Source: a phage. From it: a stretch of 64,000 nt of DNA. The notes under the pieces were generated by a model. That model did no database searches and was not told the DNA's origin. It saw nothing but the letters and a program-made list of their open reading frames with translations. The position numbers were made by a program, and so were the translations under genes. The DNA is taken from assembly GCA_037574385.1 (NCBI GenBank), contig GCA_037574385.1_4529.1; one strand, given 5' to 3'. Shown piece by piece: positions 34,436 to 42,438 of the stretch; the stretch's first letter is position 1; every line of letters begins with the position of its first letter.

Positions 34436-34623
34436 TAATCCACAATCGGGAGCAAAGTACGATAAACTTCAAAATTAGGGCCTTTTTCGTACCCATTAAC
34501 GTTATCTACGAAAACCCGATACGAATTTTCATTAGGAAAATCTAATATAATCTGAGAGCAAGAGGTGGAAACATCTCCACCATCCTTCTTAGCTACAATA
34601 ACTGTTTCTAAATAAGCTTTCAT
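34435..34623 (-). CDS. hypothetical protein (62 aa), coupled to DNA ligase
   Basis: ATG overlaps ligase stop (TAATG); track ORF extended 7 codons upstream. Confidence 0.6.
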   Translation of the reverse strand: MKAYLETVIVAKKDGGDVSTSCSQIILDFPNENSYRVFVDNVNGYEKGPNFEVYRTLLPIVD

Positions 34624-36116
34624 TATAAACCTGTCTGGGACCACGGTCCAAATACGTCTTCAAACGAATCCGCTTCTGTTTTATCAAAACGGAACCCTTT
34701 AATAATTGGAAGGAAAATACCTACAGTACCTTCACGGCCTTTAGAATGAACCCAACCATTACATTCGCAATCAGCAATACGTCCGATCAATTTACCTTCA
34801 CGAGCTTCGGTCATTAATCGTTCACGGTCTAAATCATGACGCTCGTCTAAAGGAATAAGAACCTTTACACCGTCAACTGTTTTATGAGTTGTATCTTTAA
34901 AACCTGAACCACAATCGGTTGTAATACGACGACAACGTGATACGAGTTCGACACCGCCTAATTTGTTAGGGTCTTTAGAGTGTTCATAGTATCCTACAAC
35001 TTCTAAAGCGATATCAATAACTTCTTTAAATTTAATTAGGTTCTTAGAGCGTTTGTTTTCCCAATATGAATCACGGTTTTTAAGGATAATACCTTCAAGA
35101 CCTTGGTCAACATATTTTTTATAAACCACTTTAGCTTCATCAAGATTACGAACTAACTGGTTTTCGATAGGTTCAATTCGTTTAAAGCCTTCAGCCATAT
35201 TTTCAAGAGCAGCAAAACGAACATCGTATTTCTGACCTTTAATTTTGCCATCAGAATAGACTTCATCTAAAGGAACATAGTCCCAGGCTTGAAGAACCAT
35301 ACCTTCCGCTTCTTTAGGAGAAATAGTCCCTTGAAGAGATTTATTTGCTAAACCATTTGAAGTGCTACGGTCTGCAACTTGTACTTCTTCGGATTCTTCA
35401 TTATCACCAAATAAGAACGACAGGTCATTTCCTGAGCTCACAGCCTTTTTAATATCAAATGAATGATAAACTAATTCACCATCAATTAAAACCCCATTAG
35501 GGTGTCTTTCACGAGCTTCTTTAGTCATTTCCATTAGTTCATCTGCTAATAGGGTAAGACCATGGTATTCGTTACCGGCGCGAGAAAAGAATTGAACACC
35601 ATCATCGCGAACTTCAGCGAAACAACGAGCACCATCTGCTTTTAATTGGGCAAATGCGGGCCATTTAATATTTTTAGTAATCAATTTCTCATCATATGCA
35701 GATGCTAACATCTGTGGTTGCAATTGAATAAGACCAGGCCACACCTTATTCGCGATAGACACTGAAGCACCTACTTCAAGGTCGCGCATCATTACACGAC
35801 GAAGGACTTCTACATCATCAGGTTTACCATCAGCGATATAACCCATGAGCTCTTTAATTGCAGCATTACCAGTGAGTTTACGAGTGGCTAATGTGAACTC
35901 AATAAAATCCAACATGTCATCTAATTCAAGAAGACCATATGCTTGGGACCTTTCACCTGGTCCTGGCCATTTCTTAATATAATACTGGATACCACGTGCA
36001 TATGTTAAACGATACACACGTTCAAGTAATTTGTTGTCCTTATTTTTCTTAAGGATTTCCTGTTTTGTTTTAGTAGAACCGATCGCAGCTATTTGGTTTA
36101 AAATATCTAAAATCAT
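34623..36116 (-). CDS. 30: ATP-dependent DNA ligase gp30
   Basis: 497 aa; KADGARC adenylation motif; N-terminus near-identical to T4 ligase. Confidence 0.97.
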   Translation of the reverse strand: MILDILNQIAAIGSTKTKQEILKKNKDNKLLERVYRLTYARGIQYYIKKWPGPGERSQAYGLLELDDMLDFIEFTLATRKLTGNAAIKELMGYIADGKPDDVEVLRRVMMRDLEVGASVSIANKVWPGLIQLQPQMLASAYDEKLITKNIKWPAFAQLKADGARCFAEVRDDGVQFFSRAGNEYHGLTLLADELMEMTKEARERHPNGVLIDGELVYHSFDIKKAVSSGNDLSFLFGDNEESEEVQVADRSTSNGLANKSLQGTISPKEAEGMVLQAWDYVPLDEVYSDGKIKGQKYDVRFAALENMAEGFKRIEPIENQLVRNLDEAKVVYKKYVDQGLEGIILKNRDSYWENKRSKNLIKFKEVIDIALEVVGYYEHSKDPNKLGGVELVSRCRRITTDCGSGFKDTTHKTVDGVKVLIPLDERHDLDRERLMTEAREGKLIGRIADCECNGWVHSKGREGTVGIFLPIIKGFRFDKTEADSFEDVFGPWSQTGL

Positions 36117-36382
36117 TTGATGTCCTCGATTTTGGTTACGGTTCTATTATAAGCCACTTCATCTAGAAGCGATTTCAGCGTTTTCTGATAAGTGGTAATC
36201 CGTTTACCGAGTCCTTCAACATAATATTCTGAAATGTAGATAAACCCTTGTTCAACACACTCTTTAAATATTTCTGCGTCTTTTACTGAACGAAACAACG
36301 GCCAGTCTCGAAAGAACATGTTAACGTGACCGTAGTCACGTATGGTATTTTTGCCATCTGTAATATCATGAACTACAAACAT
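36113..36382 (-). CDS. hypothetical protein (89 aa)
   Basis: ORF coupled to ligase start (ATGA overlap). Confidence 0.6.
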   Translation of the reverse strand: MFVVHDITDGKNTIRDYGHVNMFFRDWPLFRSVKDAEIFKECVEQGFIYISEYYVEGLGKRITTYQKTLKSLLDEVAYNRTVTKIEDIK

Positions 36383-36391
36383 AATTAACCC

Positions 36392-37210
36392 TTAACAATT
36401 TATAGTCCATTTAGACGAATCTAAAGGAAAGTTTTGAATCGTCCACCATGGCTGCATATCGGTTGGTCCTGGGGTTCGCCAGGTATATGGAGTACGTGTT
36501 GTCGAGGGGCCACCAATTTGATTAGGCCATGCACCTGGACTTGTTGCACCAGATTCTTTAAGCAAATCCGCCAATCGTTTTAAAAGGTCTTCACGATCTG
36601 AATCCGAATTATGCTCGGGTGGAACCAAACGAGATTCAATATCATCCCACGTGTGTACACGTTGTGCAGTACGAGGAATATCATCACGTTCACCACGGGC
36701 CAACCAATAAATCGGTACATTAAGAATTTCTGCCGCATGGTCACAATGATGAGCTAAATCGTCAACGTAACAAATTACGTTATATTTTGTTTTAGCTAGT
36801 TCGAATAATTGTTCCTTTGAAGAATCATGACCACACATCATTACTTCAGAGAAAGCGCCTGGGAACAAAGCATTCAAATTAAATTGTCTATTCAATCGAG
36901 CATCAATTGAATCACCTAACGCCGTTACGGCTACAAAATTATAGTCTTCTTTTAGTTTATTGATAACTCGAAGAGCATCCGAATAAGGCGCTAAGTAACG
37001 AATAAAATCAGAGCGATTATATTTTTCTATTAATTGTTTACCAAGGTTATCGTCGGTATTGAATAGTTTACCAGGAGAAATAAATTTTTCGTCCTGAATC
37101 ATTTTTAAAATATGTTCTAATGGAAGATTATATTTTTGGGCAAAATAAGGAAGTCCAGATTGCCAGCTTAAACATACACCATCAATATCAGTCAAAATAG
37201 TAGGCTTCAT
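36392..37210 (-). CDS. HAD-superfamily hydrolase-like protein with unusual Trp/Pro/Thr-rich C-terminal tail
   Basis: 272 aa; HAD motif I DIDGV near N-terminus and motif IV CYVDD; C-terminal ~50 aa low complexity. Confidence 0.7.
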   Translation of the reverse strand: MKPTILTDIDGVCLSWQSGLPYFAQKYNLPLEHILKMIQDEKFISPGKLFNTDDNLGKQLIEKYNRSDFIRYLAPYSDALRVINKLKEDYNFVAVTALGDSIDARLNRQFNLNALFPGAFSEVMMCGHDSSKEQLFELAKTKYNVICYVDDLAHHCDHAAEILNVPIYWLARGERDDIPRTAQRVHTWDDIESRLVPPEHNSDSDREDLLKRLADLLKESGATSPGAWPNQIGGPSTTRTPYTWRTPGPTDMQPWWTIQNFPLDSSKWTINC

Positions 37211-37674
37211 AAAGAGTCTCTTAATAGGTTTAACACATCAATAAATTCAGCTTCAGTTAGTATTGTATCATCTTTTGTTAGGTGGCTGGCCATGCTATGC
37301 TTCAAAATTTTTCCTTTAGAGGCTTGTAAGGCATCGCGAAACCCCTTGTTTTGGATCGCTGCTTCAAAATATGCATTTGTGTATAATTCTTTCCACGCTT
37401 CAGAGTATCTTGAAAATGGAACTCCTAACCAGAAGAGAGTCCCATAGTCCTGAGCTCTTGCATAAGACCTTCCAGCTTGCTGTGCAGCCAATCCAGACAA
37501 CCCAAATATACGTCTTTGATGTTCAACATTTTTCACCTTACATCCTTGGAGAAATCCTTCAAGACCTCCGAATTGAATACCATCCATGACAAAAGGCCAT
37601 TGGGCGAAATTACTTAATGCACATGACGGCCATTTGAAATTACTTCTTATTTCTAATTCAGACATCTTTAACAC
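37207..37674 (-). CDS. NADAR / YbiA-like (DUF1768) protein
   Basis: 155 aa; ALSNFAQWPFVMDG, EGFLQGCK and C-terminal LNLLR segments align with E. coli YbiA motifs. Confidence 0.7.
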   Translation of the reverse strand: MLKMSELEIRSNFKWPSCALSNFAQWPFVMDGIQFGGLEGFLQGCKVKNVEHQRRIFGLSGLAAQQAGRSYARAQDYGTLFWLGVPFSRYSEAWKELYTNAYFEAAIQNKGFRDALQASKGKILKHSMASHLTKDDTILTEAEFIDVLNLLRDSL

Positions 37675-37864
37675 TTATAATTTCAACATCAGCCCAATGA
37701 CCATAACCAGGTATACGGTCTTCGATAGATAAATTTCCGTCATTTTTAGGCATTTTAATTGACGTAATGTATGGTTCTAAACGGTTTTCTGCATAATATG
37801 GAAAAACGTCTGTTACACGATAAGTAACTTCAATCATTTCCGTACCAAACAATTTCTTAAGCAT
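37658..37864 (-). CDS. hypothetical protein (68 aa)
   Basis: ORF in co-directional array. Confidence 0.5.
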   Translation of the reverse strand: MLKKLFGTEMIEVTYRVTDVFPYYAENRLEPYITSIKMPKNDGNLSIEDRIPGYGHWADVEIISVKDV

Positions 37865-37868
37865 TTTA

Positions 37869-38156
37869 TTAGAACCTCATCTGAAAGCCATGTGATTTAA
37901 CATTACCGCCGCCAATATCAGAAATGTTAATTTCACTTGCAATCGAAGGATCGATGTCAATTTCACGATTAAGTTTAGTGATAGCTAAAGTATCATGCCC
38001 ATTTACTGTACGAAACTCCAAAGGACATACTACGTTGACATAGTGTTTAATTGACTCGCTAGTAGGTTGCAAATGGGCCGGAAGGTCTTTAGGTGCTTTA
38101 GAGAAAACAACTTCACAAAAGTTTTTGCGGGTATCAAAATAAGTGGTCATAAACAT
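37869..38156 (-). CDS. hypothetical protein (95 aa)
   Basis: ORF in co-directional array. Confidence 0.55.
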   Translation of the reverse strand: MFMTTYFDTRKNFCEVVFSKAPKDLPAHLQPTSESIKHYVNVVCPLEFRTVNGHDTLAITKLNREIDIDPSIASEINISDIGGGNVKSHGFQMRF

Positions 38157-38172
38157 AATATTTTCCTCAATA

Positions 38173-38188
38173 GGGAGCCGAAGCTCCC
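38173..38188 (-). other. stem-loop GGGAGC-CGAA-GCUCCC
   Basis: Intergenic GC hairpin between two minus-strand ORFs; no clear U-tract. Confidence 0.4.
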
Positions 38189-38195
38189 AGTTAAA

Positions 38196-38561
38196 TTAGA
38201 TATCGAATTCATTAAGAACTACATCAAAGATTGCTTCGAGATGTTCAGGTTTAGCTCGGTTACTCAGGATATGACGAATCCAAGTTTTAACCAAAAGTTT
38301 ACGATTGACACCGTTCCAGCAAGGATGAGTACCTAAATCACGCTGACGGAAATCATCATCTAATGCAATTTTGAAGTTGGAACCTTCCATCGTGATTGAA
38401 ACCGTGATGCCATTTTCAAATCGCATATAAACGTAATTAGGAGTCATGCACTGTTCGATTTCACAAACTGTACCGTTTTTGTGTTTCCATAAGCAAATAA
38501 CTTCAGAAGAACCAGCGATACCGTTAGAAACATATTTACGTTCGAAGTTGATGTAGTTCAT
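38196..38561 (-). CDS. hypothetical protein (121 aa), member of tandem cassette pair
   Basis: Preceded by early promoter + GGAGA RBS cassette nearly identical to that of the next gene upstream; contains CMTP motif shared with neighbour. Confidence 0.65.
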   Translation of the reverse strand: MNYINFERKYVSNGIAGSSEVICLWKHKNGTVCEIEQCMTPNYVYMRFENGITVSITMEGSNFKIALDDDFRQRDLGTHPCWNGVNRKLLVKTWIRHILSNRAKPEHLEAIFDVVLNEFDI

Positions 38562-38602
38562 TTTATTCTCCAGATGTTTAAGTTGTTTGTTGGTACAGGT
38601 CT

Positions 38603-38631
38603 ATAATAACATAACCTGTACCAAAGTAAAC
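38603..38631 (-). promoter_or_regulatory. early-type promoter GTTTAC-N17-TATTAT
   Basis: Minus strand GTTTACtttggtacaggttatgtTATTATagacc upstream of the 121-aa ORF. Confidence 0.5.
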
Positions 38632-38635
38632 TGTT

Positions 38636-39004
38636 TTATGCAACTTTAATCCAATTGTCTAAATTTAAAACACCTTTGGCTTTCATTTTTTCGATAAGGT
38701 TATCTGCTGTAATGCGTCCATTTTGATACCATGTAACATCTTCAGAGTAACCAGTTTCTTCGTCAACATATGTTTCTGAACGAATTTTACCGGTAATAAT
38801 AGTTTTTAATTCGTATGTGTCACCTGTGAAAAAGTTTGCTAACACAATTTTCCAAGAGAAATCATTTGAAGGACCTTCAGGGGTCATACAACCTACGATC
38901 TCAAATTGCTCTTTGTATAACATCCATTGGAATTCTTTAATTTCGATAGCTTTATAACCGTCGTGGTCTTTACATTCGATGTATGAGTTCAGATTGATTT
39001 TCAT
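38636..39004 (-). CDS. hypothetical protein (122 aa), member of tandem cassette pair
   Basis: Own early promoter (GTTTACtctcc...TACTATAGAC) and identical leader cattttattctccag. Confidence 0.65.
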   Translation of the reverse strand: MKINLNSYIECKDHDGYKAIEIKEFQWMLYKEQFEIVGCMTPEGPSNDFSWKIVLANFFTGDTYELKTIITGKIRSETYVDEETGYSEDVTWYQNGRITADNLIEKMKAKGVLNLDNWIKVA

Positions 39005-39111
39005 TTTATTCTCCAGTTTGTTTTATTGATTAGGTGGTACAAGTCTATAGTAACACATCCTACAGGAGAGTAAACATCTTTTTAAACTTTTTCTGCCCTA
39101 AACACACAAAA

Positions 39112-39129
39112 GGGAGACCGAAGTCTCCC
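39112..39129 (-). terminator. intrinsic terminator GGGAGAC-UUCG-GUCUCCC + CUUUUGUGUGUUU
   Basis: Hairpin 6 nt downstream of the 58-aa basic ORF stop on the minus strand. Confidence 0.8.
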
Positions 39130-39134
39130 TAAAA

Positions 39135-39311
39135 TTATGCAACAACCTTTCCAAAACGAGAAGCATCATCTCGAAGAACTGCACGTGCTCTGCGCATGAT
39201 CTTCTCAACTGTTTGATTAATACGAGAGTTCGACCCACGCTTGTATCCAGCGCGTTTAGAATCACCGACTTTCTTTTCAACTGCTTTCTTTGCTTTAGTT
39301 TGTTTTGCCAT
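39135..39311 (-). CDS. very basic small protein (58 aa), missed by ORF track
   Basis: ATG-to-TAA ORF translating MAKQTKAKKAVEKKVGDSKRAGYKRGSNSRINQTVEKIMRRARAVLRDDASRFGKVVA; terminator immediately downstream; track reports different frames here. Confidence 0.55.
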   Translation of the reverse strand: MAKQTKAKKAVEKKVGDSKRAGYKRGSNSRINQTVEKIMRRARAVLRDDASRFGKVVA

Positions 39312-39683
39312 TATAAATTCTCTTTAAATGAAAATGCAGGACTTATTGACATTGCCTGCTCAAGCCCTCAAGGGGAACATAGGTTTTTGGATATTTAACG
39401 ACCAGGATAACCATAAACCCGTCATCATACCTTATAGCTCTTATCTGTTGCACACCGTTAGCTTAAAGGTTCCGGGTTCGATTTCTCGAGGATAAGATAT
39501 ATACTGATGGATATATAGGCCTTGAGGCGTACTCCCGATTAGCCATCACCTCGGGGTAGCATGCACTTACCGCTATAAGAACAACATTCAAGAGGTACAC
39601 CGTAAAATTGTCGGGGCGGTACTTCTAAAACATACCGATTCGCAAATCGATAATCAGACAATTCGACGGCTCCTCGATTTAAC

Positions 39684-39932
39684 TTACTTCAGGGTAATAA
39701 CAAAATGACGAACTGCTTTACGAGCTGCTGAAGCCAGAGGCTTAGCATATTTCAATTCATCTTTCTGAGCCAGGATATCACGAAGATCGGCCTGTGCTGG
39801 ATTCAGATGTTTGAAATATCGCAGGATTTCCAGTGCTTCGGCTTCAACATCAATTGACGCGCCGTAGTTTTCGTGGCCATTATTCCATGCATGGCGTTGC
39901 AGTTCAAGAGCGTGTTGTAATTGTTTAATCAT
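39684..39932 (-). CDS. rIII: RIII lysis inhibition accessory protein
   Basis: 82 aa; MIKQLQHALELQRHAWNNGHENYGASIDVEAEALEILRYF as T4 RIII; adjacent to gene 31. Confidence 0.93.
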   Translation of the reverse strand: MIKQLQHALELQRHAWNNGHENYGASIDVEAEALEILRYFKHLNPAQADLRDILAQKDELKYAKPLASAARKAVRHFVITLK

Positions 39933-40056
39933 TTTAAATTCTCAATTCGAGATAATATTTAGTAGCCACGTTCGTCTGAATTTCACCTTCTTTCGACAGG
40001 TCTCTCAGTTGTAGGCTACCGCTTAGAAGAGTGTTCTCTTCATATAGTTATTTATA

Positions 40057-40389
40057 TCACTTATAAAGACACGGAATAGCTTTATAGTGGCATGTTACGA
40101 ATTTCTGTTTAATTTCTTTAGGTTGTTTAAGACCTAAAGCCACAAATGGATGTGGAACATTTCGAATTTGTCCAACTGGTAGTGGAGTCAAATCACCGAC
40201 TTCAACAAAACCTTCAGGAACATCAGGACCTACAGAATGAACTACACATAGTTCAGGAACTTCACCTTGAACACGTTTACCAATCACAAGTCCTGATTCG
40301 GTAACTTCTTCATCACCTGCTTGAGCGGGTTCAGAAACCAGAATGACATATTCACCAACAGCACGAATTGGGAGTTGTACTTCAGACAT
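40057..40389 (-). CDS. 31: co-chaperonin for GroEL gp31
   Basis: 110 aa; [29 protein letters not shown]... and C-terminal [15 protein letters not shown] as T4 gp31. Confidence 0.97.
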   Translation of the reverse strand: MSEVQLPIRAVGEYVILVSEPAQAGDEEVTESGLVIGKRVQGEVPELCVVHSVGPDVPEGFVEVGDLTPLPVGQIRNVPHPFVALGLKQPKEIKQKFVTCHYKAIPCLYK

Positions 40390-40419
40390 CTTATTTCCTT
40401 GTTGTTTGACGATAGATTA

Positions 40420-40444
40420 ATAATACCATACTATTTGTAAAGCA
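40420..40444 (-). promoter_or_regulatory. middle-type promoter (MotA box TGCTTTA, -10 TATTAT) for gene 31
   Basis: Minus strand aTGCTTTAcaaatagtatggTATTAT about 35 nt upstream of gp31 ATG. Confidence 0.5.
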
Positions 40445-40446
40445 TA

Positions 40447-40755
40447 TTACATAAGAAGCAAACGTTCCACCGGAGTACCATCAACCGAAATTACTTTATC
40501 AAGGCGGAAAGAACGCCACTGACCTAACTTGGTATCGAATGCTCGAACTGATTCACGAGGTTCATAACGAACTTCTGTTGCCGGATTGTTATTTTCGTAT
40601 TTGACTTCAAGTTCGTCGCGCGAAGCAAACATCGTACGAACATCACCGTTAGCCTTTTCAAATACAACACAATGAACGCCTACAGACAGAATAGTTTTAA
40701 TACGTTCACGAAGAACCATAGTTTCTTGTTCAGTTAAAATCATATTATTCACCAC
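40447..40755 (-). CDS. hypothetical protein (102 aa)
   Basis: ORF between gene 31 and cd. Confidence 0.6.
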   Translation of the reverse strand: MVNNMILTEQETMVLRERIKTILSVGVHCVVFEKANGDVRTMFASRDELEVKYENNNPATEVRYEPRESVRAFDTKLGQWRSFRLDKVISVDGTPVERLLLM

Positions 40756-41326
40756 AAAAGTTTCGGATTTGTTCCCAATTCAGAGAACGAAGATTATTAC
40801 GAGAGTACTGAATTACTTCAATACCAGCTTGTTTTAGAATATCTGCCCAATTTTCAGGAGATCTGTCATATAATTCTGCGTATACAACCTTTTTAATACC
40901 TGACTGCGTAATAGCTTTAGTGCAATCAGGACACGGAGAAAGCGTCGTATATAACGTAGCACCTTCAATAGAATTACCTTTACGAGCGGCAAACAAAATT
41001 GCATTCAATTCTGCGTGGATTTCATTATTAGCAGACCATGCACTATGAGCAGCTCGATGTTCTTTAGCTAAAACAAAATTATCTACCCGTCCAAATGCTG
41101 TAGTGCCTTCTTTATGACCAGCAATGATGACAGGACTCGGCTTGTTCTTCAACCAACCTTGTTCAGTAGCATGGTCACAACAGTTTATACCACCTGCCGG
41201 GCTACCGTTATACCCAGTAGAAATGATACGTCCATCTTTTTCAATGACGGCACCTACTTTCCATGAACAACATTTTGATTCTTGAGAAATCAGATATGCA
41301 ATCTGAAGGTATGTGCTAGCTTTCAT
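40745..41326 (-). CDS. cd: dCMP deaminase
   Basis: 193 aa; zinc-binding HAELNA and PCPDC motifs; length as T4 Cd. Confidence 0.95.
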   Translation of the reverse strand: MKASTYLQIAYLISQESKCCSWKVGAVIEKDGRIISTGYNGSPAGGINCCDHATEQGWLKNKPSPVIIAGHKEGTTAFGRVDNFVLAKEHRAAHSAWSANNEIHAELNAILFAARKGNSIEGATLYTTLSPCPDCTKAITQSGIKKVVYAELYDRSPENWADILKQAGIEVIQYSRNNLRSLNWEQIRNFCGE

Positions 41327-42318
41327 TATTGAACCTTATTAATATAAGTTAACAGCTCTTTAGTTTGTTCCCAACTGATGCACGCATCGGTAACGGAAAC
41401 GCCATAGGACATATTATCAGAAATTTTTTGATTTCCTTCATGTAGGAACGATTCTATCATAATTCCTTTGACCAAATCATTAGCTGCTAAATTTTTACCA
41501 ATACCAATTTGATTGCTATAATGCCCATCAGCGTTTGCATGGCTACAGTCAACCATCACATAATGATTCAGACCTACTGCCCTTGCTTTGTTAGAAGCTT
41601 CTTGAATATCAGAAGAATGATAGTTCGGGCCGTTGGTCCCGCCACGCAATACGATATGCGTATTCTGATTACCTTCAGCTTCAACAATGCCTACAGTACC
41701 ATCGACGTCCATACCCATATACCGATGAGGCCAGGCGGCACTATACATCGCGTCTGTAGCTACTTTAATAGAACCATTGGTTGCGTTCTTAAAGCCTACG
41801 CACATCGGTAGACCTGAAGCAATTTCACGATGTGTCTGACTTTCAGTCGTACGGGCGCCAATAGCAACCCATGAGAAAATACCAGAAAGATACTTAATCG
41901 TGAATGGGTCTAATACTTCAGTTGCTAATGGAAGTCCCATACGTAGAAGTTTACGACACAATGTTCGTGCAACTATAAGACCGTGGTTCATATCAAAACT
42001 TCCGTCAAGATATGGATCATTTACAAGACCTTTCCAACCTACGGTAGTTCGAGGCTTTTCAAAATAAACGCGCATCACTAACAGAACATTAGGAAGACGA
42101 GTTTGAAGTTCAGCCAGACGTTTGCCGTATTCAACAGCAGCAATAGGGTCATGAATTGAACAAGGACCTACAACAATAAGTTTGCGTGGGTCTTCACCGT
42201 TCATAATCGAATTAACTTGTTCGCGATGAGAAGCCACTTGTGATGCGTAAGCTTCCGACAAAGGAATAATCTCAGCCAGTTCTTTTGGAGAAATAAGTTT
42301 TCCGACGACAGGTAACAT
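41326..42318 (-). CDS. 3-deoxy-D-arabino-heptulosonate 7-phosphate (DAHP) synthase, class I AroG/F/H-like
   Basis: 330 aa; LIVVGPCSIHD, KPRTTVGWKGL, IGARTTESQ, CVGFKN, IVLRGG motifs align with E. coli AroG over full length; stop overlaps cd start. Confidence 0.9.
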   Translation of the reverse strand: MLPVVGKLISPKELAEIIPLSEAYASQVASHREQVNSIMNGEDPRKLIVVGPCSIHDPIAAVEYGKRLAELQTRLPNVLLVMRVYFEKPRTTVGWKGLVNDPYLDGSFDMNHGLIVARTLCRKLLRMGLPLATEVLDPFTIKYLSGIFSWVAIGARTTESQTHREIASGLPMCVGFKNATNGSIKVATDAMYSAAWPHRYMGMDVDGTVGIVEAEGNQNTHIVLRGGTNGPNYHSSDIQEASNKARAVGLNHYVMVDCSHANADGHYSNQIGIGKNLAANDLVKGIMIESFLHEGNQKISDNMSYGVSVTDACISWEQTKELLTYINKVQ

Positions 42319-42438
42319 AACAATCCTTAGGAGATATAAACAGATTCTGATTCAACAATACCTTTAACCGGATTAGACAGGTTAAGTTGGTAGTGCTCAG
42401 ATTTATGACCATTCTCGATAGTAATGAGATAGCTCTCA

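Noticed and set aside
39098-39398. Track ORFs 39098..39280 (minus, 60 aa) and 39213..39398 (plus, 61 aa; TTG start)
   Set aside because: No RBS, odd composition; a different minus-strand frame gives a clean ATG-to-TAA basic ORF with adjacent terminator
39463-39490. tRNA-like T-arm motif GGTTCCGGGTTCGATTTC in the long non-coding segment
   Set aside because: Flanking sequence does not form a T-stem, no acceptor stem or anticodon arm can be drawn on either strand; not a tRNA
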